Source: Ramazzottius varieornatus
Lineage: Eukaryota > Animalia > Tardigrada
Assembly: GCA_001949185.1 (NCBI GenBank)
Contig: BDGG01000003.1
Span: 2,587,158-2,651,157 of the forward strand
Length of the DNA: 64,000 nucleotides
Reading direction: 5' to 3'
In this document: in pieces, positions 48,314 through 60,262 of the stretch
How positions within the stretch are numbered: position 1 is the first letter of the stretch
How the letters are laid out: each line of letters starts with the position of its first letter
Program-made: the position numbers and the translations under genes
Notes under the pieces: model-generated
The model's input: only the letters and a program-made list of their open reading frames with translations
The model's database searches: none
Told to the model about the DNA's origin: nothing

Positions 48314-51300
48314 TCACTCGAAGCGACGGCGACCAAATCGCGAGATACCCTGAAACAAGGCCAGTCCCTCGTAAATGTTCCAACGCCCGAAAGAAAAAAT
48401 GGAAACTGGGAAAACAGAACATACAAGATCGTTACTTCAGGTGGCGCATACGTTCATTGTTACTGGCTGTAGAACTGCGCCACTCGATAACGATCATGCC
48501 TGTTTCCGTGCCCAGCTCTCCAATGTAGCTTCATCGCAGAATTCAGAAAGATATAGGAGATACAGTTATTCATCGACCACTTACAGCTGTTTCTGCGAGT
48601 TGTTCCGAAGAAGCTCCGGCATCACCTCCGCCACGACCGAAACGACTTCCGCCTCCGCTGCTCTGCTGTAAAAATAACAACGATGAAAGCCCTCCGAAAG
48701 GAAGTTTCAACACTTCACAGAAACTTCTTACTTCTGCCTTGGCACCGCCTCCGAATCGGGACGATCCACCGCCAAAGCGGGAACTACATTCCGACACTGC
48801 CGCCGAGTCTCCGGCACCCCCATTCGAAGAAGCCTGCAAGAACAACGAAACCTTGATTCGGTTCAGAGAAAAGCAAATATAACAGAGAAACGGGCGAAAG
48901 ACTAACAGCAGCAACAACAGAGTCCTCATTTATATCCCAACGACAAGGAATAACTTTGCTGCCCTGCAATCGATATCGTCCTTTACTATCCCCAAAAGCA
49001 CTACTTCGCACAAAAATTCAGAAACCTTCACTTACGTCATCTTCCTCGCGGGCTCTTCCAGAAAAGCGCGAAGCTCCTCCAGCTGGCTTGGGTGAGGGCG
49101 ACCGACCTCGCAAGTCCGCAGCCTTGAAATGGAAAACGCACCAGCATTAAAAGTAACTGATGGAACTCTTGGAAAAGGAATCTTACCGGTCGAACGTCTC
49201 GTGCGCCGAAGTCCGCAGTTCTGCCATTGCGGACCGGGAGATCACCTTCCGGCTTGGTCATTCCCGCTTCTTGGTAAAGCCATTCCGGCGGACTGTGGCC
49301 AGACTTCTCCATGATACTAACCAGCTTGGGAGCCACCGCGCTGTTGCGCGAGGAGTAGAACGTTGTGGCCAAACCTTTGTTGCCGACGCGACCAGTTCGT
49401 CCGATGCGATGAACATACTCGTCCATATCATCGGCATTCCGAGGAAGGTCCCAGTTGATGACGTGCTTGACGTTGGGGATGTCCAAACCTAGAAAGAAAT
49501 TCCATCAGTAAACATGTGATTCAACTCGCGCACGAAGACCGGAAAGAAGCCGCGACACTGCGCTAATGTAACCGGGTAGCTCGAACAAATATCTCAGATA
49601 TCTAACTCGCGCAGCACGGTACGCTTAACAGCATGTAAAGTGCGCGAGCCATAAAGGGTGTCTGTTTTCATTTCTTACCACGAGCAGCGACGTTAGTGGC
49701 GACCAAGACGGCCTTCCTTCCCGACTTGAAGTCCGCAATGGCCATTTCGCGCTGTTCCTGGGTACGGTTACCGTGGATGGTGGTTGAAGATATGCCGTTC
49801 AGACCGAGCTCCAGTCCGATCTTGTCAGCTTCCTCCTTGGTCTCCACGAAGACGAGGGTCTTCTCGACTTCTCCGCCGTTGGTTTCGGCTCGTGCTCTCA
49901 GGAGCTCCTCCAAGGCTTCCTTCTTGTCCTGACGGCTGCCGGTTTGAACTACGTTCTGGATAACGTCTCCGCAGGCACCCCCGACGATGCCAGTGGCCAT
50001 AAAGATGTAGTCCTTCATGAAACGGCGCGCCATATGTTGAATCTCCCCAGGGAATGTTGCGGAGAACATCAGCGTTACACGGTCCTTCGGCATGGACGGA
50101 CAAATCTGGATAGCTTCGATGTCTCCAGAGAAACCTGCGAACAAGCAGCAAGATTAGCTACCACCCTAAGGTACCCGGATCCTTCCATGCATGGACCTAC
50201 ATACAGTACTGAAGCTCGCCAAAAGCCTGTGAGCCTATGCAAATGCACTATAATGCTTCTTGAACTTCGCGAAACACATCATCATACGCGCGAGACATCC
50301 CTTAGGGGGTTGGTAAGGCAAAATTTTCGGACCGGGGTTCAACTGTACGCGTATGATCACGTGCTTCGCGAAGTTCATGAAGCATTACAGTATGAAACAC
50401 AGCTGCAGCAGCTCTTGTCAACTGGCGTCTCAGTAAACTTTAACCCCAGGTCTAGATTTACACCATCCGACATCCATTATGCGTACGACATTCAAGGATT
50501 TCGCCCGGCCGGATCAAGTTTCCCAGTGTCAAATCCGATGCGCGACTTGAGCGAAAACGGAGGCTATCACCAATTCACCATACAAGTTCGAAAGCTTTAA
50601 ACCTCAACATGAGTTCATTGAAAAGGGAATATGCTGATACTTACCCATATCCAGCATTCGATCAGCTTCGTCGAGAACCAGGTACTGCAGGTTCTCCAGC
50701 GTGATGTACTTGTTGTCGAGGCACATCCTGAGTCTTCCCGTCGTTGCGGCGATGATGTTTACCCCGCTGTACAGTCGCCTCTTCATGAAGCCCATTTCTG
50801 TCTGGCCATAAACCGCGAAGGTCTTCAGGCCTGACGTTTCCGTATACAGGGAGGCTTCTTTCTCGACTTGAAGGGCCAGCTCCCGAGTGGGGCAGACGAT
50901 GAGGACTTGAGGTTGAGCACGGCCTGAGGGTTCAGCTCCGGTTATGCCGTCGTGCAACAAGTTCTGCAAACAAGACACTTCGTGGATACTTTATGAGTAC
51001 TTCCAATTCACCAGCAAGCTATTGTCGAAATGAAACCATCAGCCCCACAAAACCAGAATATTTCCTTCAAAAACGCATTAAAAAACTGAACTTGGGTTTC
51101 CCTCGCGCACCAGCAAAGTATATTTACCCACTGTACTGCGCCAGCGAAACAGGGTAGCGCAAAAAGAATTCATCTGTCCAGTCAACTCGCGCGCACTTGC
51201 GCAAGAAATTTACGACTAGGCGCGCAGGTAAAACAGAGCACTCTCAGAACTTCATACGTACTTCGAAGTACTGCAACTAGAGCTACCTTTGAAAAAGTTT

Positions 51301-53385
51301 GGTGATCGAACGTACCGAAATCATGGGGAAGAGGTAGCCAGCTGTCTTCCCTGAGCCCGTCTGTGCACAGCCCATGACATCTCGTTTGTTCAAGATGGCG
51401 GGAATGCAGTGCTTCTGGATGGGTGTCGGCGTCGTGTAGCCCATGTACGCCGCGGCTTCCAGGATGACTGGGTGAAGTCCTGATGAGGTGTCATAAGACG
51501 AGATGGCTTTGGGAATGTTGTCGCCGTTGACTTCCACTGGGACATTTGCGTACCGGTTGAAGTTGATTCCGGCTGTGTTGTGTTCAGCTCGACGCGCGTC
51601 TCGAGTACCTGATTCCGGTGGCACGTAGGTGGCGGGCTGCTTACCGTCTGAACAACAGGGAAAAACTGCTCTATAGAAGCTTGCTCAAGACGGCATTTTC
51701 ATTCAACGTACATTTTCGTTCGAGTAATTCGACCTTTATCAAAGCGTGTCGCGTTACCTCCACCGGCATCATCCCCCCCTCCACCTGTCCGACGTTCTCG
51801 TAGCTCCCGTGGTGCTTCATCGCTGTTACCGCCTCGTCCACCGAAACGACCACCTCCTCCCTCTTCCCTGCACACAAAACAGCAAGAATGAACACATAAA
51901 CATCATTTTCCATTAAGGACTTAGCCGAATTATTTTCAAATATTGTTCGATGAATAAAATCGAGGTTTCTTCTTATAATTGCTAGAAGCGGAACATTCAA
52001 GTAAATTTCAAAGAGAAGCCGGATAAGCACTAGGGTACCTCTGTCCACCAGCGTCTTCACCGACGCCTCCACCGAAGCGCGAATACCCTCCTCCGCCACC
52101 GAAGCGACCAGAAGGCTGCGAATCTCCACCCCTGCAACACCACATTCTATGTGAGCCCCAAGCACCATAAATGCAGAACGAATCTAAAAGCATCAGCATA
52201 AAGAGTCTCCTACGGTAAAGATACTTACTCGTTATTACCGCCACCACCGAACCGGGAACGTCCTCCACCACCTCCAAACCTGCCCGATGGCTTCGAGTCT
52301 CCACTACAAAACAAAACGGCGATGTAGCTCTGCTGCTATCTGTGATATGTACATGGAAAGCTCCAGATGCATACTCGTAATTCGCGGAAGCCCCGAATCG
52401 GGAAGAACTTCCTCCATTACCACCGAATCGTGACGAGCCACCCCCGAAACCAACAGCTGTAAAAACAAACGACTCCATCAATAATCGATAACCATCGCGA
52501 ATATCTAGACAGCTGAACAGAAAAGGCTGAAAAAGAGAAAAGGCGGAAGATGGAGGCAAGAAGCTTACTTGCTGTTTCTCCGTCCTGGTCTCCACCACCA
52601 CCGAAACGGCTGCCACTTCCTCCTCCGAATCCGCTGCTTTCAACACCACCGCCGAAACCACCAAAGCCTCCGCCTCCTTCTCGTCGACCACCGCCACCTT
52701 GACGTTTTTCCTACATTCACAATCAACAGTTTGCACAATTATCTAGAAAGAACTAAAAAGCAAGGATAAAATACGAACCAGTGATCGAGTGTCCCAGCTC
52801 ATCTTCATTCGACGTCCAGTCTGTTCCAAATCCTTGTATTTGAACGTCTCCATCGCGGCTAGTGCTTGTGCTTTGGAAGCCATCGTGACGACGCTGGAGA
52901 AAACAAAGAAGCTTGTATCAGCCCGAGATCCTAGAATTTCGGGATCGAAATATTCCAAAACAAATCAAGTGATGACCAATCAAGGAAAGACCGAAAATTT
53001 GCCATTTTTTGTTTTCCTTCCTGGAAGTCTAAACTTTCTAGATTGAGAAACCTCGAGGTTCCAGACTCATTATCCTCCTCCAGAAATCTCGCATCGTTAG
53101 AAGGATTTATTCTTCTTTATCTCCTACTCTTTGAGAGTTAGAGAAGTGATTCCTTACCCGGCTCGAGTTGGCTTGTCATCCTTTTGCGGAAGTAGTTTGA
53201 GCTCGGTTACTGTTCCCACCTCGGCAAAGATATCGCGGATCTGGTCCTGCAACGAAACACGCGTTACTTATTGGTTGTTCGTCCTCAATCAGGACACGTA
53301 GTGAAACTCGTACCTCATCCGCCGGGAGGCCAAGAACGAACATCGCGCCGAAGTCATCGGGAATGTCGGCTACGTCGACGTCCAT
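48314..53385 (-). CDS. vasa: Vasa-like DEAD-box RNA helicase with an N-terminal RRM and RFGG repeats at both termini
   Basis: GINFNRY, Q motif [40 protein letters not shown] (Vasa-type), [28 protein letters not shown]-terminus [39 protein letters not shown] is RRM-like. Last exon 48349-48314 ([11 protein letters not shown]). Confidence 0.88.
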
Positions 53386-54439
53386 TACTGCGCTTTCGAT
53401 TTCCGGGTAAAACCTGAAAACTGTGTTTCGCGAACTGCTCAACAAATGAACAACGGCAAGTTCGCGGCTCTAAGAACTGATGGCTAAAACAAGAAAACGT
53501 CCAGCACCAGACATCCTCAGCTGCCGGGAAGATGATGCGAAATTGCTAGTGTAAGGAAAACTCTGCGATAGCCCTGAAAAACGAGCCCGATTTTTGAATG
53601 GAGCTGGATCTGGGCGAATACGAAAACTGGACTGTAGCGTAACAGGCCGTGCCAACAGATCACCCTGCGAATTTTGCGACAAAAACTCCTCCTCTCTACA
53701 CTTCTGCTGCGGTGAATGGAACGCGTCCAGTAGAAATGGAGACTTTTCTTCGAGCCATTCAATAGCCAGAGCATGGAATGCCAGACGGTTTCTGTATGTT
53801 GGGGGACATCCCGTTCGGTGCCCTTTGTGAGTTTATGGTTCGCCGTGCTGTCAAGCCCGCTTTTTGTTTCGAACTCTGATCCTTTTCCAAAGTGCGCACC
53901 TGCAACAGCTACGGCACGGAAACTACTACCTTGGCGGAAGATCGAAAAAGACTGGATGTGGCTACAACAAGCAGCTCTTGAAGGTAAGACGGATCATTGC
54001 CGAAACTGCTGGCATGAGATCGTTCATTCCTGTGCAAGTTTCACGTTGGTCTCTCGATAGGTCTTTTGTGGATAGCCCTTCACATCATGATCAGCTCCTG
54101 CTGCACGCCGGAAGTTCGGATACAGATTCCAGAACAGACGCCACTGTACGTCGTCTCGAATCTTTCGGTGTTTTTTTTGTGTAAGGAGCTATAAAACTGC
54201 GAATCGAAACAGAGAAAATCGCAACTATTGGTTTTATTGGTTTTGAATGTTCACGTATCATTTTTTCACAATTCCAGGTTTCATATTTCGGAGGCCTCCA
54301 TGATCAGTATACAAGGAAATACTGTAAAAAAAGAACGCTCAATACAGTCGGCTAAATCCAGTTTTGTTCTCCCTTTGTACGCAACTTCATAATTATAAGA
54401 AAATCCTATTACCGTGATATTCTTCTTGCAGCAACCCTG

Positions 54440-54907
54440 CTATTTTCCGAAATGCTCAAAGGACCCATGGCCGAAGCCTCCGAACATGGGGTATCCGAAG
54501 CCCATCATGGGATTCATGTGCATTCCACCAAAACCGCCCATCCCGTAACCGCCAAAGCCATGACCGAATCCACCAAACTTGTGCAAATCATCCCAGTCAA
54601 AGTCGCGTTTCGACGGTTCGCTCTTGGGTTCTTCTGCCGGTGTCAAGTCGATACGATCCTGTTTGGCGTGGACATGAGGCCGGAGTTCTACGTTGATTGG
54701 TGTCGTGGTCTGCTCCGAGGACGCAGCGGCAATCTCCACGTCGATGACAGGTACTTCCGAGGTAGGACGTTCTTCTCTGGTGAGTATCACACCTCCGCTG
54801 CACAATCCTGGAAACAAACTGAGGTCATGTTGTTTCAGATGGTGATATCGAAGACTGGACTTACCGAAGATCGCAGCGATGCTCAGACCAACCAGAATCC
54901 TCCCCAT
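54440..54907 (-). CDS. Secreted propeptide releasing a Gly/Phe/His/Met-rich C-terminal peptide
   Basis: Signal peptide MGRILVGLSIAAIFG|LCSG (intron ~54864-54808), acidic pro-region, KR, then DFDWDDLHKFGGFGHGFGGYGMGGFGGM...HFGK*. Confidence 0.7.
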   Translation of the reverse strand: MGRILVGLSIAAIFGKSSLRYHHLKQHDLSLFPGLCSGGVILTREERPTSEVPVIDVEIAAASSEQTTTPINVELRPHVHAKQDRIDLTPAEEPKSEPSKRDFDWDDLHKFGGFGHGFGGYGMGGFGGMHMNPMMGFGYPMFGGFGHGSFEHFGK

Positions 54908-56188
54908 ATTCACTCAAGTCCTAGGGTAACAACCTCGACACACCTAGAGAAGTCGATAGGTACCTGACTGAATCGAGACTGAAATCTGGGGTGAAGGCCT
55001 TCGAAGAAATATGCAGGACTGCTTCGTCTGAATACAAACTGATGTGCATGTTGATCTTTTAGACGTCTCCGGTACTCGTACAGAAAGAGAAAGGCTTTTT
55101 GAATGGTCAAGCAACCAGTCAGGGTGCTCCAATGGACGGTCATGGGGTGGGATCGACCAACTGGGACGATTTCTCGTCGAAAGGTGCTGCAGTTTTATGT
55201 CCAACGAAGTGATGGTCCAACCTATTGGAAGCGTAGGGTAAGAGGTAAGACTATCTGGTGCTTTCAGGGATAGATAGATTTATTTCAGCCTCGACAATCT
55301 GAATCTGGGACTTCTGAACTTAAACAATGTCGCGATCGATTGTGACTTTCTGGAATCAAGCTTTGTGTGGCTAGGTGATACAAAGCATCAGGTGCTGCCT
55401 CCTTGTTCCGTCAAGACAAACCAATGACACCAATTACACCAATTACTGTAGGAAAGGCGGCGCCATGCTTTGAATTACTGGCGCCAGCTTCTAATAATTA
55501 TTGGCTTATTATCCATTCTAGTTCTTCCAAACAGGCAGCTTAGGAATCTTCCTGAGTTTGCTGAATTTTTTCAACCACTGTACTTCGCCTACAGGACACT
55601 AAACATGACCAGAAGGACGACAACGTTTCCGTCATCTTAATATTTTCTTAATTTTGGGTTAGTTCAGACAGATTAGTATTGACACATCGACCTTGGAGCA
55701 AAGGGCAGAGATAGCTATACTCTAAACACAGTTTGATTTCCTGGAACGTAAATGTTGTGACCGTTGAGTAACCAAGTCAGTCGAAGCTTGACCGTAGTTG
55801 TTTGAGAGTCTTTCCGATTTCCAGTGTCAACGTTGTTCAATAGTTTTTCTCAGTGATGGGCCGTCGTACATAACTCGAATGTTCGAATTGATTTAGTAGT
55901 TCCCATGATCAGCAAACAAAAGATTTGAGTACGCTTCGTTAGAATCGAATAATTTCAAAACATGTTATGCAAGTTCTTTTATTCAGGAAGGCTTGAAACG
56001 GGGCGAATGTACGATAACATTTCAAGAGCCCGGAAAAACTCGGTCTATAAATCATGTTACTACTTTAGAATTTTAGCGGACTGTTGAGACTATAGATCCT
56101 TGCCGAAGAGACCCGTTTTCCGGAGCAGAATTTGTCCCGCTCTGATTTCAGTAAAGAAGTCATTACTGTTATAAAATCTGGATCAAGG

Positions 56189-58145
56189 ATGGCGCTCGAG
56201 ATATGGAGTGTCCTAACTGCGCTGATGTTCTCACAGGCTTCCAAAGTTTCCAGCACGGTGATGAGCTTCCCACCCAAGAACCCATCTTTAGCCGTTGGAC
56301 TTCATTCGACCGTCACAGCAGACCCGCGGTATACGGCATGGCCTGATCCGTCAGCCGTTTTGTACCATCTTGACAGTAACTACAGTAAGTGCAAGTCAAT
56401 TGTGTACCCGAAAGTCAAAATAAAAATTGGTATTGCTTCACACCTTCACGGTTTTTGCAGCAAGTATGGAGCGAATCATAATACAAGGCGCGATGATCAT
56501 TATTTCCACTGACATGACCCAGTGCATTCAGTTCGTCGAGTACGACCCTCAACGTGATGCCGGGAAGGACTTCCTATTCATCTCGAAAACGCTGAACGAT
56601 GGGTATGTACTACACCTGGGAAGCACAGCAAAAATGATTATGAGGTTGCTAATCTTTGGTTTCGTTTAATTTTGAAGCACGACCCCTCCGACCTGTGTAA
56701 CCTTCTTCGGGCGGGTAGTGCGGGCAGCCGGACGCGGGCAAAAGATGGTGATCCATAACGGACCCCACGGATGTATGAAATCCATGCGCGAAGTAATGAA
56801 GGTCCTTGTCAACGCACTGGGCTTACGCAATGAATATAGAAGACCAGACCGAGATCGCTTCATGCAAGTCAACTTTCAAAACATGATTCCGGGTAATTTA
56901 CGTCTCTTAAGTATGGGGTATAATTAAGTACGTTAATTACCGCCAATATATATTCTGACGTTCTGACAAGCTCCAATGTTTAATTATCGTAGAGCTGCGT
57001 GACACGAGCTTGATGAAGCCATACAACGAGTCGGAGGTGTACTATACCACGCTATTCGACTACCACTCATTGACCATTCTGCCGACTACAAAGTACAGCG
57101 CCGGAAACCAGACCATCTTTTCGTTTCCCAATGGCATCAGCGTCCCTACTATGGACTATCTCAGCCTCAATGACTGTATTGGGTTGTCCTGGATGTACGG
57201 ATGTGACGTCCGAAACTGCCTAGACCGTAAGAAGATCAACAAAAAGGATGAGATGTTTCCGTGTCATGCACCTCCATACTCTGCTCTGTACCGTTCACTG
57301 GTGGGTCTTGGTATGCAGGTGCTTGATGATCTAAAGCATGTGTTTTCCGTATTACCTTGTCGTAACAGTCCTTAACAGACACATTTTCGTGTGTAGCTTA
57401 CGCAACAGGAAGTGTAGGTCCTGTCGTGGTTACAAACGTTACTGTAGTTACCAGCGCCCCTGCAGCAGTCTCCTCGAACCCAGTCGCTCCGACAGCCTCC
57501 TCGGCTTCCGCCGTCACGGCTGCACGCACGGCCAAGTCGAGCGACATCGGTTTCGTCCTTCTCTCTCCCGAACAGTACAGCGGTAATACCAACGCATCCG
57601 GTACCACGAGCAACGGTACCAACACCATCTTCCACGTTGCCGGTTCCAATTCTGCCAACTCGTCCAGAGCGCTAGTCTTTGGCAAAGGACAGGTGCCAGA
57701 CATATCGAACGGTACCCAAAACGCCGCCGATGGTCGTGTGAACATTTCCGTCAGTTACGCAAGTGCACAGAATGGGTCTTCCGGTGGCGTCAAGACTTTT
57801 GTGTTAGACAAGAACATGACTTTAGCCGATATCATGGCCTCACAAACCGGTCCTGTGACGTTACATTTGGAGAACTTTTCCAACGCGACGGCCTATGTGG
57901 GTATCTATGGGCCACCAGGGTTCACTAGTAACTTCATCACGGCGTTGAACAGCACCGCGATAGTGTTTAACGGTACTGTGTCCTCGGTGGCTAACTATAC
58001 GACGTCGACCGGAAGTACAACGCCGGTTAGGGTGGAAAGCACGAGCTCGAGCGCGACAACGGTGTCGACTACAAGTACCACCACAACCACGGCGGCTCCT
58101 GCTACGACTGCCTACTTGCCTCCACTCCCAGTCCTTATCCCGTAA
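56189..58145 (+). CDS. Astacin-like (M12A) pseudo-protease with a Ser/Thr-rich mucin-like tail
   Basis: Signal peptide, WP..VLYHL, CIQFV, NALGLRNEYRRPDRDRF, FDYHSL..KYS, LSLNDCIGLSWMYGC. HExxHxxGxxH is replaced by KVLVNALGLRN. TATAAA at ~56046. Confidence 0.8.
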
Positions 58146-58822
58146 AGAAAACCTTTGTGAAAGAGGAGAGTCATTATCGCAGGAAATATTCTTGTCGCCT
58201 TTATATAACGAAGAGGTGGATTTTGCCAATGAATACCTGGTTCAGTATTGTTATTTTAACAGCATTCAGGGAACCTTGTTGAAAACTGTAGCTGATAGTT
58301 GAAGGAGCGACCGGTAATGATAAGGTATTGAATTGCTTAATCATCTTGCGATTTAAGGGTGCGCGCAGCTCTTAGCGCCGCGTTTTCGAGACAGTAGTCA
58401 GTGGGAGACTTATAGTGGACTAATAGGATTTGTAATGGAAAAACATGACCAATTTTCGAGCATTGGAAACGTTATGTATCGCTCTTTTACGCAGTCCCGT
58501 GCCAACAAATCCTGAACGAACGACCAGGAAATTATATAAAGAGAGGCTCTGTAGAGAAAAAACAAAGTCACATGGAACTGGCTATGGTACACGAATGTTT
58601 GATTAATCAGTTTGACTATGGCAACGTGGAACCTCGATGCGCTCCCCGAAACATGCAGACTAGAAAGCTACAGTGTAGATTCTACGCGATATGAGAATAT
58701 ACTATGTATGACAAGCTGAAACGTTGCGAAACGGTTACTTGATGTATGAAAATTCATGAGACTCGCCATGCGCGACTTCATATGGGATCATGAGAAACGT
58801 CAAAGCCGGTTACATAGTCGCT

Positions 58823-59642
58823 TCATCGAGCGCCGACGCCCATGAACGGGTACCGCCAATTGTAGAACGCCTTATTGCGGGGATATTCCGGTCCTAGTCC
58901 ATCGAGTCCTCCCAAGCCGAGTTCGCTAAGTTCCTGGATCAGTCCCTCATCTAGCGAGGCTAAACGAGGAACCTCCCCAATGACTCCACTCGGCCAGCCA
59001 CGCAACTGGAACGCGGAAGGGCCATAAGAACGGAACATGGGTGGTTGTGGTTGATCGTTAAGGATTTGCCCTGTTGCTGGGAGAAGGTCGTTATTCGAGG
59101 AGACTTCCGATGTTCGCTTCTTGAAGTGACCTGGAAGGTAATCAAACATTTTGTGGATGTATTCATCGGAACTCAGTGGAATAGGTTGCGTGCGGTTCTC
59201 ATCAGTTGATATGACGCACCGCCTAAACAAGCTTGTCCCCATTGAGCACACCCAACTCGGGTTCGCCGCGCCGCTCGATTCACAGACTGCGAACTTCCTA
59301 TAATAATAAATGGATCTGTGAAACAAAATATGTCACATGCACCTGGCTCAAAGCCTGAAGCAGTTAATCACAAAATCTTTGGTCCACAAAATGCTTTTTG
59401 GTTTGACCAACGTAATACATGTATTAAGTCTAAACGATTCATGGGAGTATTTAAGCGTTGCGAAACGCTAAGACCAACGGTGATCTTTTCAGAACCCAGC
59501 TAAGCTCCTTAGAGCCATGATGCCGTGGACTTCGATGCGGCGAAGACAAAGTATCCCACGTACCGTCTGAAGCTAGAAGCATGAATGTCACCACAAAGCA
59601 AAGTATCCAACGGGTAAGATCGGCCCTAACCGCGCAAGACAT
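58823..59642 (-). CDS. CCHamide-like neuropeptide precursor (~154 aa)
   Basis: Exons 59642-59564, 59297-59220, 59130-58823: signal peptide, RAARRTRV-GCAQWGQACLG|GHF-KKR, then an associated peptide. Confidence 0.72.
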
Positions 59643-60262
59643 CTTGGGTGGGAGTTCGCTATCGATGAGAGGCACCACACTGAAGCTGAATTCTTGCGCT
59701 GAAGAGTCCGTGGGGTAACTCAAGAAGATCGGACTGGGCGCGCAGCAAGGAAACTCTTCAAAAGCGGTGGGAACTCAGGCAGGCAACAGCGACCTTCCCA
59801 GCAGCACCGGGTTATGATAAGGCGGTAATGTGATGGATGGCAAGAAAGTGAATGCGGAAGATGGTGTTAACGAGGAAATATATACATACCGCTAAGATGT
59901 ATATGATTGCGGATGAATGGAGGCCGTTGATTAAGTGTCAGATCGATTGCCACGCTGACGAGGAGGATGTCGTTGCTTTCGCACTGCAAGACGACCTGAC
60001 ACATGACCATCCGGCGGATAACCAACTCTATTTTGAACTGGGGCTACCATCCAGATGATGGGTGACGCGGGGAGCGGCCGGATTTGTCCCGCTACCCAGT
60101 TTACAGCTCACTGAATTACGCCGCATTGTCAGCATATTTCCTGAAAATAACGTCAGACGGTTCCCCTGTGGAATTTTCATTTATTGCCTCGTTTCTTGAA
60201 GAATTAGGAAGTAATTAAGAATCAAACAGAGAGAAAAAAGAGAGTCTGAAGTTTGAGCATCA

